From Eledone cirrhosa (taxonomy: Eukaryota): DNA of 64,000 nt. The translations under genes and the position numbers were made by a program. The notes below the pieces were generated by a model. That model searched no databases. It was not told the origin of the DNA and worked only from the letters and a program-made list of their open reading frames with translations. Every line of letters begins with the position of its first letter. The first letter of the stretch is position 1. Positions 60,388 through 64,000 of this stretch are shown piece by piece. The DNA lies in the NCBI GenBank assembly GCA_964016885.1, contig CAXHJY010000710.1:1-64000 (forward strand). Direction: 5' to 3'.

Positions 60388-62391
60388 ATCACTAGAGATT
60401 AAAAAACATAACCTCCAAAACAACATAATGTCCCTCATCAACAATCAGAGAAGAGCTGAAGAGGCCTGGGCCATTGAGAAGATCAAACTCAATCCCAAAG
60501 TGTTCTTTTCATTTGCAAAAAAACACAAAATCACTGGCTCTACTGTTGGCCCTCTAATTTATGAAAATGGCACTCTTCAAGACAATGCTAAAACCATGGG
60601 TGAGATACTGCAGAAACAATACTGCTCTGTTTTCAGCAATCCTGATATGGCCGATCTGGGCTGTATCGGCGATGTTACTCCCCATTACACCTTATCGGAC
60701 ATAACGTTTGGCGCCCCTGATGTCCTGGCGGCAATAAAGGAAATCAAGCATAATTCAGCAGTAGGTCCCGATAGGTTCCCTGCTTGTGTCTTGAAGGCGT
60801 GTCAACACCAACTTGCATCTCCTCTTGCCAATCTGTGGCGGAACTCACTGGATGCTGGATATGTGCCAGAAAACCTTCTATCCCAGTCTGTTGTCCCAGT
60901 TTTCAAAAAGGGAAACAAATCCCTTGCCGTGAATTACCGTCCAATCTCACTCACCTCTCATATCATTAAGGTATTTGAGCGAGTGGTGAGATCGCGAATG
61001 ACCCACTTCCTTGAGAGTAACAATATGCTGAACTCCAACCAGCATGGATTCCGTAATGGAAGGGATTACCTGACGCAGCTACTGCATCACTTTGATGACA
61101 TTTTGAGAGCCTTGGGAGAGGGTTCCAACACTGATGTTATCTACCTTGATTTCAGCAAGGCCTTTGACAGGGTTGATCATAACATTCTACTGAGAAAGCT
61201 GTCTAATATTGGTGTCACTGGAAAGCTGCTACAGTGGATCAAGAGCTTCCTGTCAAACAGAACACAACATGTTGTAGTTGAGGGAGTCAAATCCAGCCCA
61301 GCCAAAGTCAGTAGTGGGGTCCCACAAGGCACTGTGTTGGGCCCACTTCTCTTCATCATCTATATTAATGACATCACTAACATCATCAAACACAGCAACA
61401 TTAAAATTTTCGCTGATGATTCGAAGCTCCAAAAGGTCATCAATGGCGTGGATGACCGGATAAGCCTTCAGTCAGACCTACTGGCTGTTACCCAATGGGC
61501 GGAAAAGAACAACATGTTACTGAACGAAGACAAATTCGAACTGATCCACTTTGGAAAAGAGGATGCTCTGAAACACCCGTACTCCCTTCCCTCCGGGGAA
61601 ACTCTCGTGGCATCTAACAACATCAGAGACTTGGGAATAACCGTGGAGAGCAACATAAGCTGGACCACGCATATAAGCAGCAAAGTTGACATGGCCCGCA
61701 GAATGTGTTCCTGGATCCTCAGAACCTACCAGTCGAGAGATTCCCGCACCATTATCCTTCTCTTCTCTACTTTTGCCCGACCACACCTTGAATACTGTTG
61801 TCCACTGTGGTCTCCCCACACGAAACAAAGTATCATGAAACTTGAAGCTCCTCAAAGGGCAATCACAAAAAAGATAGATGGCATGTCAGACCTTGACTAC
61901 TGGGGTCGATTAGAAAACCTGAAACTTTACTCACTCCAACGTCGCTGTGAGCGTTATATTATCTGCATGATGTGGAAAATGTTCCATCATCACTGCCCAA
62001 ATGATGTTGGCATCGCCTTCAAGATACACCCAAGGCTTGGGCCTCGTGCTATCCGTCCCATTCAAAAATCTAAATCGCAACTCATAACAACAATACGGCA
62101 CAATTATTTCACCTCAATCGGCCCTGCTCTCTTCAACATCACACCAGGACACGTCAAAACAGAAACTGACCACACAAAATTCAAGAAGTCTTTGGACAAA
62201 TTCATCCAAGTAATCCCGGACAAACCACCCACACCCGGATATGTCTCCGCAAACAGTAATTCTCTTCTCGAATGGGCCATGGTGCCCAAATCCTGAATTG
62301 AAAGACTTCGCCAGGTGGTGCTATTAAGTTAGACATGGCCTGGGCCAATACTGGCCAAAACATTTCAAAGTTATTCAAAGTTATTCAAAGT

Positions 62392-62393
<2 letters not shown>
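60388..62393 (+). mobile_element. 5'-truncated copy 2 of the LINE (RT only)
   Basis: Near-identical to 57794-59800; same (TTCAAAGTTA)3 tail. Confidence 0.96.
60428..62296 (+). CDS. Uninterrupted reverse transcriptase ORF lacking the endonuclease (622 aa from first internal Met)
   Basis: All RT motifs in one frame; lacks the frameshifts at ~58288 and ~58384 of copy 1. Expression not shown. Confidence 0.7.
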   Translation: MSLINNQRRAEEAWAIEKIKLNPKVFFSFAKKHKITGSTVGPLIYENGTLQDNAKTMGEILQKQYCSVFSNPDMADLGCIGDVTPHYTLSDITFGAPDVLAAIKEIKHNSAVGPDRFPACVLKACQHQLASPLANLWRNSLDAGYVPENLLSQSVVPVFKKGNKSLAVNYRPISLTSHIIKVFERVVRSRMTHFLESNNMLNSNQHGFRNGRDYLTQLLHHFDDILRALGEGSNTDVIYLDFSKAFDRVDHNILLRKLSNIGVTGKLLQWIKSFLSNRTQHVVVEGVKSSPAKVSSGVPQGTVLGPLLFIIYINDITNIIKHSNIKIFADDSKLQKVINGVDDRISLQSDLLAVTQWAEKNNMLLNEDKFELIHFGKEDALKHPYSLPSGETLVASNNIRDLGITVESNISWTTHISSKVDMARRMCSWILRTYQSRDSRTIILLFSTFARPHLEYCCPLWSPHTKQSIMKLEAPQRAITKKIDGMSDLDYWGRLENLKLYSLQRRCERYIICMMWKMFHHHCPNDVGIAFKIHPRLGPRAIRPIQKSKSQLITTIRHNYFTSIGPALFNITPGHVKTETDHTKFKKSLDKFIQVIPDKPPTPGYVSANSNSLLEWAMVPKS

Positions 62394-62422
<29 letters not shown>

Positions 62423-62470
62423 GTATGTATATATATATGTATATATATATATATATATGTATATATATGA

Positions 62471-62507
<37 letters not shown>

Positions 62508-62513
62508 TGTATA

Positions 62514-63440
62514 TGTAGATAAATCTACCAAGAGTTTACGGTAGTGTCCAATCCGTATGAAGAACTCAATGTATTCCGGATATCATGGAAAGAAGAGATG
62601 TAATGAAAATCCACTTTCGGTGAAAGATAAACGGTATACAGAGTCAAGATAAAATATTAAACAAATAATGAACAAACTATTCCTTATATTAAACAAAAAA
62701 AGTTCACTATTTAACGATCGTTTCTAGGGTATATATGTGTTATAATTGGTATGCATATTCAACAGATCTATGTACAAAATTATACAAAATTATACAAATT
62801 ATCAAGATTAAATATACATACCTAACACATATATACGCCGTCTTCAGAAATAATGAAGTATATTTATTGATAATAACAACAATTCAAAATATCAGTTCAA
62901 AATTGACCAATGAAAACACAAAGGGTTAAAAGCAGTTCGGTGTGTGTATATACATGTAAAATCCTTACACATATTTTACAATAATGTGTGTATAATTTGT
63001 ATGCGCATACTAAAAAGATGGATGCAAACACAAAATTTCAAGGTTAATATCTCTGTAAGCTTAATGCGCTGATAAGATGCGCATTGATACTTATGGAGTC
63101 AAGCATATAAATATATTTTTTCATACTCACACATATCAGTATAATCACACATACATGCGCGTATATGCATAAATATACACATAACCACGAACATACAAAC
63201 ACACACACTCCCCCACTCACATTTATATATGTGGATATAAAATCATAAGCACATAGAAATTAAGTCACTCACATAAAACACTGGCACACACATTTCAAGA
63301 TCAAGATACAGAAATTAGGTGGGAGGGGGGGGGAGGGGTCAGTATTAAATTGTCTGAGCAGACTGCCTAATATAAATGTATCTATAAATTAAGAAAAATA
63401 AAAAAATAAAAACAATAAAATATAATAAATATAATATAAT
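62514..63440 (-). mobile_element. Diverged solo 3' pLTR fragment of the Naiad element
   Basis: Homologous to 20523-~21450, same terminus (TGTAGATAAATCTACC on +), inserted in the TA spacer. Confidence 0.93.
62703..62857 (-). ncRNA. Hammerhead ribozyme with extended stem II, copy 4 (diverged)
   Basis: Core CUGAAGA/GAAA/GUU retained; several substitutions keep pairing. Confidence 0.8.
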
Positions 63441-63463
63441 GTACATACATATGTATATATATG

Positions 63464-63528
<65 letters not shown>

Positions 63529-63545
63529 GTATATATATATACATG

Positions 63546-63595
<50 letters not shown>

Positions 63596-63713
63596 TAAAT
63601 ATATATATGTATATATATGTATATATATATATATATGTATATATATGTATATATATATATATATATATATGTATATACATATATATATATATATGTATAT
63701 ATATATATGTATA

Positions 63714-63751
<38 letters not shown>

Positions 63752-63918
63752 CATATATATATATATATGTATATATATATATGTATATATATATGTATAT
63801 ATATATATATGTATATATATATGTATATATATATGTATATATATATATGTGTATATATATATGTATATATATGTATATATATATGTATATATATGTATAT
63901 ATATATGTATATATATAT
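63441..63918. repeat. Remainder of (TA)nTG spacer
   Basis: Matches the distal part of 59801-60387. Confidence 0.93.
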
Positions 63919-64000
63919 ATCACTAGAGATTAAAAAACATAACCTCCAAAACAACATAATGTCCCTCATCAACAATCAGAGAAGAGCTGAAGAGGCCTGG
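63919..64000 (+). mobile_element. Start of LINE copy 3, truncated at the same base as copy 2 (runs off the window)
   Basis: (TA)n-TCACTAGAGATTAAAAAACATAACC identical to the 60388 junction. Confidence 0.93.

Overview
AT-rich animal genomic DNA made up almost entirely of (TA)n/(TATG)n/(CA)n microsatellites and transposable elements, many inserted into TA tracts; the repeat landscape resembles cephalopod (Octopus-like) genomes, which is inference. No host gene could be confidently identified, and the long 'YIYI' ORFs are microsatellite artefacts. Main elements: (1) a full-length but disrupted Ty3/Gypsy LTR retrotransposon (1793-7599; 462-bp TG..TA LTRs, tRNA-Trp PBS); (2) a very young ~14-kb Naiad-type Penelope-like element (15752-29829) with an intact RT + GIY-YIG ORF, partial-tandem and inverted ~3.5-kb pseudo-LTRs, and a hammerhead ribozyme with an unusually long (~115-nt) stem II, present in four copies in the window; (3) at least eight unrelated short remnants, most of them fold-back, carrying intact or degenerate hammerheads; (4) two non-autonomous RTE-like elements with structured, possibly ribozyme-like leaders; (5) a Helitron helicase fragment within a 25-bp minisatellite, and a Tx1/L1 3' fragment with a 12-bp TSD; (6) a full-length CR1-group LINE (ORF1 with Myb-like, polyQ and two CCCH modules) followed by a tandem array of identically truncated RT-only copies. 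All RNA folds and mismatch counts were done by eye.
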